A DNA stretch of 64,000 nt from Octopus bimaculoides (taxonomy: Eukaryota): NCBI RefSeq assembly GCF_001194135.2, contig NC_068988.1:96191024-96255023 (forward strand), in the 5' to 3' direction. Below the pieces are notes generated by a model, which worked only from the letters and a program-made list of their open reading frames with translations, searched no databases and was not told where the DNA came from. The translations under genes were made by a program, and so were the position numbers. Numbering within the stretch: the stretch's first letter is position 1; every line of letters starts with the position of its first letter. Shown in pieces: positions 50,133-61,210 of this stretch.

Positions 50133-53100
50133 TTATGCATCTGCAATTGTAACTTCAACTTCAACACCAGGTTCAATGCTGATAGATGTCTGAAAGATCT
50201 TGTTAAGGAAAACCATTACATGCAGAAAATAACAGCCAAAACTCTTCTGATGACAGTAAACCTNNNNNNNNNNNNNNNNNNNNNNNNNNNNNNNNNNNNN
50301 NNNNNNNNNNNNNNNNNNNNNNNNNNNNNNNNNNNNNNNNNNNNNNNNNNNNNNNNNNNNNNNNNNNNNNNNNNNNNNNNNNNNNNNNNNNNNNNNNNNN
50401 NNNNNNNNNNNNNNNNNNNNNNNNNNNNNNNNNNNNNNNNNNNNNNNNNNNNNNNNNNNNNNNNNNNNNNNNNNNNNNNNNNNNNNNNNNNNNNNNNNNN
50501 NNNNNNNNNNNNNATCAATATTAATTAACTGACCAAAGCCTTTTGAGTGGATTTGGTAGACCTGACAGAATAAGTAGCTGCATTTAACAAAAATTAAGTG
50601 CAAGGGTCAATCATTCAACTAAAAACTTCAAAGCAGTGTCCCAGCCTAACGAGTGAAACAAAAGATGTCACAAAATGATTCTGAGAGATGTGAAAGCTAA
50701 AAGCAATTCTATCAAGCCTTTTCATGAGCAAAAGTGACAAGCATACTGGGATTGAAGCATTCACACATACAAGGAGAATGAGAATCGTCAGTAACTGAGA
50801 GGCAGGCGTGTATCGTATTGTACAAGAAAGGAATAGGCACACCCAGAGTTACACTTAACATCACAAATATGAAAGATGGCCACACAGTGTCAAGCCGAGC
50901 ACAACTGTCACCTTATGATCGAATTCCACATGGTTCTATGCTTGATAAAACATTACAAGGGTTGGAGGGAGAAAGAAAAATTGATACTTTATTTACTACT
51001 ACATACATCAAGGCCAATACAATCTACTAAAACCAATGACCCACTATGTCAGAAACAATCAATAAAATTGTGCTGCCATCAACTGAAGTAAGTTGTAAAA
51101 ACAACCACTGCTTAGTGACAGCAAATTTATATTTGCACCGTATACCACTAAATACTACTAAGTTATTAGTACATAGCCGGCTTAGTTAGTGCAGTGATGA
51201 TTATTGAGTAGTTTCTGTGCAAACACTTGTCCCCCATCCCCTTTACCCTGTATGAATAGTAATTTGACGTATATACAACAACCCAACAATAACTGGCATT
51301 CTTTTGTTTTGACTCAAAAAATCATAACACAGAACTTGGTAATTTCTGTGAGCACGTGTCATCTTGTCAACTGTTAGTTGACGTATTGAAATGGAAAGAG
51401 AAAGCTAACAGGTGCTTGTTTCTGTGTGTGTGCATTCATGTTTATTCCTGTATGTTTGTGTGAGTGCGCCCCTTCAAGTTTAAAAATGCGACATTGTTAG
51501 CGTAATTTCATTACATCTACATTCCATAACACACACATACAACCCATTAGCTTTCTCTTTTCCACTTCCATACGTCAATTGAAAGTCGACAAGACGACAC
51601 GTGCTCACGGAAATTACTGAATTTTGTGTTATGATCTTTCAAGTCAAAACGGAAGAATGCCCAATCATTGAAACCGTTTCACCCCACCAAACACTGTTTA
51701 TAAAACAAAAATACAAAAGGATACAATCTGTTTTACTATCTCTGATGGACTGTGCAGATCAATAATTCTTTTGTGAATTCTCATCTGGTACCTGTCCCAT
51801 GTTTTGGATCCTTCTCCACAGGGGGTCTTTCTTGTAGTGATACGGAGAATCTTGGTAGGCATACGAACAGGACCTTTAACTTTTAGTTCTTTCTCTTTGG
51901 CTCCTCTGATCAGATCAGCACACACTAAGTTGAAAGAAAAGGCATTTAAAAATATTAACCACCAGCCAACATATTTGATCCAACAAACCAGAATTATGCA
52001 CATACATCCTCGTTAAACAATTAAACATCAAAAAAAGAAATCACCTTCAGGCCATGTTCACTTTGCATTGTTGTAATGAAAGTACAATATATTCCATTAG
52101 GCATAACACCACCCAAAAACGAAAAACCTCCAAAACCAGTTTGAGAGGAACTTGATATACAAAAATACTCACCCTTTTCTAAGCTCTTTACATTCCTACT
52201 CGTCAAGGTGATGCGAATTCTGTGAACTGGAACATCTTCAACTGGAGCCTTACCAGTATCTTTAGCGCAATGAGCCTGAATTGAAAAGTTTCCATCAATT
52301 GAATATTCAGAGTGAGAGAACAAAAACACTAACAATTTCTACGGTGAATTCAGAGGGTTTCAACAAGTAACAGTTTTAGTATTCGTTCAGCTGAAGTCCA
52401 GTGTTTATTGAACAGTCCTCTGATCAAAGATACTCCACACACAAATGCCATTCAACCCAATGTATTAAGACGGCAATGACAAGTTATACCAAGAGGCTTC
52501 ATTGTCTCAAATGTAAACTGCTCACAAGAGCCAAAGCATGCCATAAATGTTAGCAGTGGACAAACAGGTAAATACAGACACACATCACTAATCCATGAAG
52601 GTGATCAGCAGAGCAGACAGAATATTTATTCAGTGCGACAACCAAGCGTTTGATATTTTAAAACTCCAATCGTCTACCGTAATTTTATCAAAAAATTTTT
52701 TTCTGAACTAAAACTCATGAATTTTTTTAATCAATCGGAACATACGGCAGCGCTGTATTTCATTTGAAATAGGGTAAAAAAAAATAATGTAATGCTGACA
52801 GCTAATTGCAAATTGTGAAAACAACCACTGTTTAGTGACAGCAAGTTTATATTTGCACCGTATACCACTAAATACTAAATTATTAGTACATAGCCGGCTT
52901 AGTTAGTGCAGTGACAACAACAGGTTTTGTAGGCAGATTACGTACAATACAAACAATGAGGAAACGAAGCACAGCATTTCCAGATTTTCAGAAAATACAA
53001 TATCCAAGTAAAGCATTCGTATATAAAATAAACCAGGTCGAGATCCCAAAATTATCCTCCAGTTTCTTGACCTACATCAATAATTATGATCAATGAAGCA

Positions 53101-53977
53101 CTCTTCCGGTAGTAATCAGTTACGGAAATTGGTAACAACAAAGTCGGAGAGAACTCGCGCCAATTATTTTTCGTAGAATTTATAAGCACAAATTGTAATC
53201 AACCCCCCCCCATTTTAGAAATGAATCCCTGGAAAACTCTGTAGGAAACATTTTTCAGGCAGTTGTGAAGAACAATTGAGTGGAAGCATCAACCTAATCA
53301 CGTCCCATGATGTCGGGAAATCTTTTAAAGGGTGACATATACTATTTAATGGATACTGGAGCAGCTGGAAGTCATAGAAAAACGACTGACCCTAATTAAA
53401 TCAGAACCTATAGATGGACAAAAAGCTTCCCATAATACATAACACATAATTAACCACATGTTGACAGAGCAAGCTAGATTGATTTGGCGATCTGGATTTC
53501 ATCGATCTCGTGTCCTAGATCCGATTAGGGCTTACCAGAGCTATACAACAAAGAAAAATAACTTCTAATATAGACAATTGAGAAATTTACTAGATTATAA
53601 TGAAAAGAGATAATTATATTTCGACAATCGTAATAATTTCCCCGGACAGAATGAAAAACGTGTACGTAAGAACTCCCACCCCGACCACAACTAAATAAGT
53701 TATTGCTGTGGAGTCAACATCGGGATATTTGCTAAAACAGATCATAAAGGTTAAAACGATATGAAGAATGCGGGAAGCGATGAATTTAATCCATTTAAAA
53801 AGAACCAAAAATCCGATGAACTTAAATAATAATTCGTAAAGACCGCATGGATTATGAAACATGGCGCCCACATGCTGTAAATTAATTGAGGACTTTTTAA
53901 ACAGAAATTACTAATTAAATATAACAATTGTAAACAAAATAGAAATTATAATTATAAATTTAAATTCTACATACCAT
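50133..53977 (-). CDS. RPS20: 40S ribosomal protein S20 (uS10), 120 aa; exons 53975-53977 (ATG), 52173-52275, 51725-51924, 50133-50189
   Basis: Spliced protein [60 protein letters not shown]...[27 protein letters not shown]; all junctions GT-AG and in phase; ATG|GTATGT first exon. Confidence 0.97.
51091..51197 (-). ncRNA. Box H/ACA snoRNA-like RNA, copy A (RPS20 intron 3)
   Basis: Near-identical to 52811-52914 while flanks are unrelated; long 5' hairpin, H box ATATAA, short 3' hairpin, ACA + 3 nt at the end of conservation; same strand as host. Confidence 0.65.
52811..52914 (-). ncRNA. Box H/ACA snoRNA-like RNA, copy B (RPS20 intron 1)
   Basis: Paralog of 51091-51197 with the same H box and terminal ACAATT. 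Confidence 0.65.
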
Positions 53978-54069
53978 TTTTAAAAATATTCTATGCTGGC
54001 CGACTTAATCAAAGACTTCCTAAGATCAGCGGTGAGCCAGAGAACGTCTTTGACGAGCGAAGCTCAGTT

Positions 54070-54082
54070 GGGAAAGAAAGAA
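54070..54082 (-). promoter_or_regulatory. RPS20: 5' terminal oligopyrimidine (TOP) tract / likely TSS of RPS20
   Basis: Minus-strand TTCTTTCTTTCCC about 100 nt upstream of the ATG, as is typical of ribosomal protein mRNAs. Confidence 0.75.
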
Positions 54083-54459
54083 TAATAGCTGCGCAGTTAC
54101 TAAAATCCGTACCAAAAATGGGGGTGAAAGGCTGTCAAATTTATTTCTTAGCTTTCAAATATTATAAAATGCATAGATATCGTTTATAACATGATAATTA
54201 AAATAGTTTTGAAGAAATTTAAATTTCATTCGCTCTTTCTGTATCAAATTTGAAGTATTTATAATATATTTTATTTAACTCTGCACCCTCATGGACGAGT
54301 CCATTATGTATCCGTTTTGACGTTATATTAAAAAATATTAAATACCCTCAAAAGGATCTAAACTCAAAGGTTTAAACACAGAATAAAAAAATAGACGACG
54401 ATGATGAAATTAAATAAATTTTAAAGGACAAAATGAATTTTCTTCCCAAATACCGGTTG

Positions 54460-54467
54460 TGACGTCA
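54460..54467. promoter_or_regulatory. CRE/ATF palindrome in the RPS20 / divergent-gene promoter
   Basis: Exact TGACGTCA about 22 nt before the AAGATGGC (YY1-like) motif. Confidence 0.5.
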
Positions 54468-54489
54468 TATGTACCACGTTATAGTCAAG

Positions 54490-54501
54490 ATGGCAACCAA
54501 G
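54490..54501 (+). CDS. Probable first coding micro-exon (MATK) of an unidentified divergent gene
   Basis: CAAGATGGC start context followed by AAG|GTAGGA donor; CRE TGACGTCA at 54460-54467; possible 26-nt exon at 55206-55231. Confidence 0.4.
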
Positions 54502-55789
54502 GTAGGAAAAGTCTTGGTCAATATTTCCTATAAATACGTTTACGTTTATTTTGGTTCCTCTATTTCTCCGCTTGCTCGATCATGTTTCTAACTCATATAC
54601 GCTATCTTTTAATTATTTTGACTGACATGCTTGTCTTTTAACTTTGACCTAAGGCTGACAGTTAAACGAAAATCAACAAGAACCAGGCTCCACAAATGTT
54701 TGTAATTCTTTCTCTCCCCCAACTTTTTATTTATGTCCTAATTTTTACCTCTCACTTTTTATTCCTGTTTTCAATTTTCCATTTGTTTCATGTTTCTCGT
54801 TGAATCTTCTCAAATTAGCAAGCAGATATACGTTTATACATCCACACATGCACCTTGGAGTCTAATATATTAATGTGCAAAACATTTTAATAATATTCAA
54901 AGTGTTTTATTTTGACAGTTTGCTGAACCATTTTGGGGTTTGATCTTTTTGGGTGGGGACCCACTTCAATGTATTTGTATGTTATCACGGCCAAAGTCCA
55001 CAAAAACTTAAGGTTCAGGATTTTGCTTGTCTTATGTGAATACCTGTACATTATTTAGATGTTCACTGTTTAAAGTGAAGTATTTAACTTCAAGTAAATA
55101 GAAAAATAAGTAAAAATACAGGAATTTATTAGAAAACTACATTTTATCTATTTTTTTTGTTAGTTTACCTTTAGGTGGTTCGTGTTGTTTTTTTTTCCTT
55201 TACAGATATTATCATTTTATAGACGTTTCAGGTAAAAAAAAAAAATACCTTCTACATAATCATCTGATTTGCTAAATGTTGAAGTGAAGTTTTTACTTTA
55301 AGTTGCCAACAACTTCGCTTTATTAAAGAAAAATTAAAAAAGTCGAAATGACGTCCGACACGTCTTTTAATTAATTTCTTTCTTTTCAAGTTGTGATGTG
55401 GCAGTTTTGTTATATGAATCAATTATAAACAATTTAAGTATTAAGTCAAAGGAGATTGTTTTAAGCTTTCTCCACTGACGTTCGCAATTCCAACTCCTAT
55501 GTTCCAAATATTTTCCTCTGACTCGATTTGACTATCTCTTATTTTTTTTTATTCGTCTCTGTAAGAACGCATTACGCAGCAGACAAGCAACAAAAAAACT
55601 TATATACGCTACAGTTCATTTCAAATTGATGGATGTTTTGGCTTCCTCGTCGAAGGCTCAAATCGAACTTTAAAGGCGTTGTTCCTCATAGGACAATATC
55701 ACTTTTAGACAGAAGAGGCCGCCGGTGCTCTTCTAGATAGACCCGTTCGGATACGTTCCGACCGACCTCAGTAATCGGAGCAGACGACG

Positions 55790-55815
55790 ACTACTACTAC
55801 TACTACTACTACTAC
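55790..55815 (+). repeat. (CTA)n trinucleotide repeat
   Basis: Direct reading; sits between a CpG-rich segment and an AATAAA-ended segment on the opposite strand. Confidence 0.9.
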
Positions 55816-57639
55816 ATTGTTTCAGTTTTATTTACCACCCAGGCTCATTCATTCTTGAATCAAAACGTCCAGAGTGTTACAAAATACATGGGGATACACA
55901 AAAGACGGTTATAGAAAAACGAGGAGCAGTAACGACATTATACAATACAAATTGGTGGCATGTTAAAAAAATTAAGCAAAAAGTCTCCGAAGAAATGACA
56001 CTAGTTAAATGATTGTACATAAACAGAAAAGAGACGGAACTTAGGAGAAATGCATTCCCTCCTGGGTGGGATCAAGGTTTTCCACATCATTGAGCATCTC
56101 CCTTTTGCATTTCTTCTGGGTACTGACTACTATTTTTCATGAAAATACCCGTGTTGGAATAGGCAAGAAAGGGCCCACGTCTCTTGTGATTTTTGTAGCC
56201 CACAAACGATATTTTTTATGAGCAGCTTATCTTCAGGTTTCCTATCTTCCATATCTGTGCGTTTTCTTTCCCTAAATGTTCCTGTGTTAAGTCCTTCATC
56301 AGTTCTTCATTTGCTGTACAAAGAACTGTCTTCATTTATTATACAAAGCCCCGTGAAAATCCTTGGACATTTTGCCAGTCTTTCCCATAAGTTCCCTTAC
56401 TTTGGTGGGGAGGGGCGGATTACTTTTTCCCTTTGTCTTTTTACGGTCTGTGGAAGTTTGCACCACCGGTTCCTAGTCCGTCTTGTTACAAGATGATGGA
56501 GTAATGCGACTGGAAGCAGAGCCCTTGGCTTCTTTATTACCTTCTGTGATTCAGGGCAAGATGAATTTTTTTGGCTCCTGCTGGAACTGTGATCAGTGGT
56601 GCCCTGGAAGTAGGTTCTGGGGCCTGCTCTTCTTGTTGGCTCTATGGCTGTCCACTGCTTTCTGTCTCACTTTTGGCTTTTGCTGCTCCAGAATAGCACT
56701 GTTCTCTTTGGTGGAATGGGCATTGTTATGAATTGTATGTCCATTCAGGCCTGTCCTGACCCTATATTTTTAGTCGTCCTGGTACTCACAACCACATAAG
56801 GGTAGTGCTGAGTCTGAAATCACCAATGCCCTGAAATAGAACCCTTGTGTTCTGCTGGCCCATATTTAGGGACGCAAGTTTGAAGGAAGGTGTGTGGTGC
56901 ACCAACTCTGCCTGTTACTTGCGTTGTCATGAGAGGGAAAGTTTCAAAGGCAGAGGGAGAGAGAAATAAAGGAATATTACTATTTATAGAGACATCGTTC
57001 AGTAATGACAAAAGGGTTATTGTTAACTGTAGAAGGACAGTCATTTTCTGAGATTTTATTTTTAACTTTGCTGAATAATATTATTTCAGTTCAATTATAA
57101 AACTGTATTTACATTACAGTTTAATTAATCACAATCACAAGTAGATTAATTGTTGACAAAGGTATGTGATTTCATTTAGATTTACACATACAGAGGATTA
57201 ATTCATTCTTTTTAGACATTTCCATGACTAACCATAATAGTTCAGCCACCACTGACCAATGCCTTCGTTGGAAATTGCAGTACTTTTGTATTTCATGGTC
57301 TGTCCCTGTGACTTATCTCCTGATGAGGTTCAATACAATGGAGCTACAAGTGTTATCATACTCTGCCTGTAGTTAATAAATGTAACGAATGCCCACCTTA
57401 GTTCATCAACTCCAGACAAATGTTCTTCTTCTGGTACCAAAATAGAAGTGTTTGAGTCGGCTGAGTTGGCAGTATCAAGAGAATGGTTTGTAGTATTTGT
57501 TACAGCATTCAAATATCATTATGGTCGACTTTGTCTTTATTTTTTATGGTCAACAAATAAAGAACCAACTTGCCCTTTTCTGTGGTAGATTCTTGTCTAT
57601 CTGCCTGCCTGCCTGCTTCTCTCTCTCTCTCAATGTAGC

Positions 57640-58250
57640 TGTGTAAAGAAGTGCCAATCTCTAACTGTGGAGGGAACCTGTGGTAGTGGTAGACCCAGGA
57701 AGACATGGGATGAGGTGGTGAAGCATGACCTTTGAACTTTGGGCCTCATGGTAGCAATGACTAGTGACAGACCTTTGGCGATATGCCGTGCTTGAGAAGC
57801 CAAGTTAAACTGTAGTTATGGCTGATGCTGGGGTCCTATAGCTGGCACCCATGCCAGTGGCTCGTAAAAAGCACCTTTTGAGTGTTGGGTGTCACGGGGG
57901 CAAGGTGGCTGATGCTGGTGGCATATAAAAAGCATTCTTTGAGTGTTGGGCCTCACAGAAGCAATGGCTAATGACCGAGATCTTTGGCATTTTACCTTGT
58001 TTGAGAAGACCCATGAAGCCAAGTGAAATTGTAGTCATGGCAGATGCTGGTGTCATGTAAATGGCAGCTGTGTTGGTAGCCCGTAAAAACACCCATTACA
58101 CTCTGTGGAGTGGTTGGCGTTAGGAAGGGCATCCAGCCATAGAAAACCATGCCAAATCAGACTAGAATCTTGTACAGCTTGCCGGCCCTGGTCAAACTGT
58201 CCACCCCATACCAGTATGGCCAACCGACTTTAAATGATGATGATGATGAT
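57640..58250 (+). mobile_element. RTE LINE 3' end including structured 3'UTR and (GAT)n tail
   Basis: GRPRKTWDEVVKHDL followed by GGCAC/GTAAAAAGCACC modules, GGTTGGCGTTAGGAAGGGCATCCAGCC and GATGATGAT; links the SINE-like tails to the RTE parent. Confidence 0.85.
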
Positions 58251-59193
58251 ATGTGCGTGTGTATATATATTGATTTGACTTAGACATTAGGTTTCATCTG
58301 TTTATGGTTTGATGACATAGTTGAATGAATTGCCTTATGAAATCAATATTATCAATAAATTTCAGTGTAGAGAATACAAAAATGTACCAGAACCAATAGG
58401 TATTTCTAATAGTCTCTTTATTGATTAACACTATCAAGCACCTTGCATCTGCTGTTTTCAATGACCTCCCATGTCTTCCATCATTACCCATTTATTTTAG
58501 TTTCTTATGTATCCCTATATCTCCTTCTTCATGGATTCTACACTTTGCACATCATTCTATGGCTTTCTCTTTTATTTTTCCTTTCTGATCCACTCCTATA
58601 TCTCCCACCTGACCCTTCTCCATGCTGGTTATTTCCCATCATCTGCACTCCCACCCTTCTTCATTAACCGCTACATTAACCTCTAACTCCCCCTGTTTAC
58701 TCCTCCCCACTCTTATGAAAACACTCCCTCCCTCCCATGTTCCACCATCCGTGTCTTCTCTCATGCTCACCTTCTTGTTCCTGGAGAGTTTACTTCCTTC
58801 TTCTTGTCTCCTTCAGCCATATATCTTTATTGCAAGATATATGCATTGGTCTTTCTCTCTCATACTTTTGCCTTTCAACACATGGCATACAGCCACCACC
58901 CTCCACCTTCTCCCAAATACTTCCTCTTAGTATTTGGGAGCTTTCTCCTTTTCCTCTGTTCTTTTCTGTGTTGCAAGTTACATGGCAACCTCTTTAGTGC
59001 TGGTGACACACTTTGTGCAGTGGTTGGCACACACATTCACATAACCCTTTCCTACTGTTTAAGGGTTAAATCAACAACTTGATGATGGCAAAAAGTCCTG
59101 CTTCAAGAGGTACTTTGAGAAATTGAAAATAAACTTACTCTTCCACGAAAAAGAAAATTCCAAATAGTTTTCGCTTCCTCACTGGCAGATATA

Positions 59194-60318
59194 CACTGAA
59201 CTGCAAAAGAAATGCAATTTTTTCAAATGTCATTTTTATATGGTTAATTCTCAAAATTTATTTTGGAGATGTATATGTAAACATTCCAAGATATGCTGGT
59301 TTATGGCTGAGACCCCAATTGCACGTAACCTTTCAAGTTTCCCTGAAATGAGACACCAACACGCAGCTGCGTTGAATGTCGTGGGTGGCAGTCACAAACA
59401 GTTGTCATGAAAACTGAAATGCATGTGCATCTCGTGGAGGTTATAGGTATAAAATCAACTTGAACCGCATTCCTGGCATTTGTAATTTGGACACATCAGG
59501 TATGACCCGATTGTCAGCAGCACAGAGAGAATAAGGTATAGGCCGATTGCAAGCAGAGCACACTGCCCTGGTTGTTGTGAAAGCTTACAATGTCCATGTC
59601 AGCACCATTTATTTCCTGCAACAGCAATACAACAACACCAACAGCACTGGAGACCATGCCCGCAGAGGGCACCCCCTGGTGACCACGTCCAGGCAGGACC
59701 ACTTCATCCAAATGCAACACCTCCGTTATTGCTCCAGACTGGCCAGCGTGACAGCTTGCAGGCTCATTGGCACTGGACAGTGACCCATCAGCGACCCATG
59801 TGTTGCCAGTGTCCTGCTCGAGGACCTGTCTTCACCCTCTGCCACCGTCAGGCACGACTACAGTGGGCTACACAGCACTGACATTGCCGGCTGCAACAAT
59901 GGAGGTCGATGGTCTTCTCTGATGAGCATCAGTACTCTGTTTCCATCTTGGATGGTAGTGAGAATGTGGCGTAGGAGGGGTGAATTCTAGAGACGCATGT
60001 GACTAAAGTTTGGTTGGAAGATTTTAATTAAAAACTTTTGAAAACAAGAAATTTGTACTCGGAGCCAGAGCCAGTTCCAGCCAGGTTGGTAACGAAAGGG
60101 TTTTGAATTGTGGAAGCTGAGTGGATGGACTGTGTCTGTGACTTGCAGGCCCTTGCCACATAGTTTCGCACTTATCATGGGTGGATTATGTTAAAGAATA
60201 CAAGAGTCTGGAATATCAGTGACATTATAGTTCAATGAGTTGCCAGTTCTGTAGATTGAGCAACTGGATTCTCTTCACCAAATCCAACATGGGATTCATT
60301 TACTTTTATTATTCTGTG
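59194..60318 (+). mobile_element. Degenerate Tc1-like DNA transposon (internally deleted, with nested MITE fragment at ~59990-60105)
   Basis: TA + CACTGAAC left TIR; transposase N-terminus TRLSAAQRE*GIGRLQA..NVHVSTIY..TTSRQDHFI and RLQWA..QWRSMVFSDE with stops and frameshifts; degenerate right TIR. Confidence 0.85.
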
Positions 60319-61210
60319 TGTGTGTGTGTGTGGCACATGTATCAGTGGAATATACTTAAGGTGTACTTGGTGTGTTCCCCTAAAAAAAAAAAATCATGAA
60401 ATAAACCATTTATGGAATTTTTATAAGTCTTCTGTTTGCAACTTGTTACTGTATCATTTCATGTTCACTTTTTATGATGGCATGTATTGGATAGGCCATC
60501 CTGGTTCAAGGCAGTTCTTAACTGCTCTCTCTGAGAGACATTGAAAATAAGTACCCTCCTAGAGGATCAGGGGGCCACATCTTGCTTGTGTATTCCATTT
60601 TGGTATAGTTTCTATGGCTGGATACTCTTCCTAACACTAACCATATCAAATTGTGTTCTGAGTGTGTTTTACTGCAATACCAGGGTCATTCTCGTGGTAA
60701 GATCAAGTTCTTTTCCATCCTGTATTATCTCTGATTGTCAATCTCTACATTTCAATTGCCCTGGTATTATCTGAGTTAAGCTGTAATCACCAGATAATCT
60801 GCACAACTTTTACTGAAAATTGAAGTGTGTGACATTGCAAATAGTGAGGAGGGAAGCATGAAGTTAGAAGTGGAAACTTATAACCGACAACTGCTTGCTG
60901 AGTCTTGAATTCATTTATAATACTCAAGTCACAACCAGCTAATTAACAGAGACCGTTAAGATGGTTAGTAGCTTGGCATCATAAAGACAATATTTGTGGT
61001 TGATTGTTAAGAAAGAAATGAGGAAGATTAGTCTTGAACTGTTTTTGAGTTTTTTGTCTGACTATTCATAATCTGCAGTATTTATCAATGAGCGATTAAA
61101 GCTTGAGTGATTAAAGCTTGTTGAGTTTTGAAGACAGACGAAAATGTGTAACATGATGTTTGTTTTTCCTCAAGTGTAATAATGCTATATTTGAAGTTAC
61201 CAAAGTAATA

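Noticed and set aside
50785-50865. Possible C/D snoRNA in RPS20 intron 3 (GTGATGT..CTGA)
   Set aside because: Imperfect C box, weak terminal stem and no antisense element I could recognise
52440-52560. Possible further H/ACA RNA in RPS20 intron 1 (AGACAA..ACA)
   Set aside because: Hairpins are weak and there is no paralog support; such boxes are common by chance in AT-rich DNA
54594-54607. TATACGCTAT, resembling the SNORD54 antisense element
   Set aside because: On the strand opposite RPS20, outside its introns, and not followed by a CTGA D box; a true homolog could still be hidden in the 50264-50513 gap
57216-57380. Plus-strand 50-aa ORF with CLRW..SACS, superficially BTB-like
   Set aside because: Spacing is too short for a BTB domain, it ends in a stop, and it is not in frame with the MATK exon
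57330-57512. Minus-strand 60-aa ORF with N-glycosylation-like motifs
   Set aside because: Short, no downstream continuation or convincing splice sites
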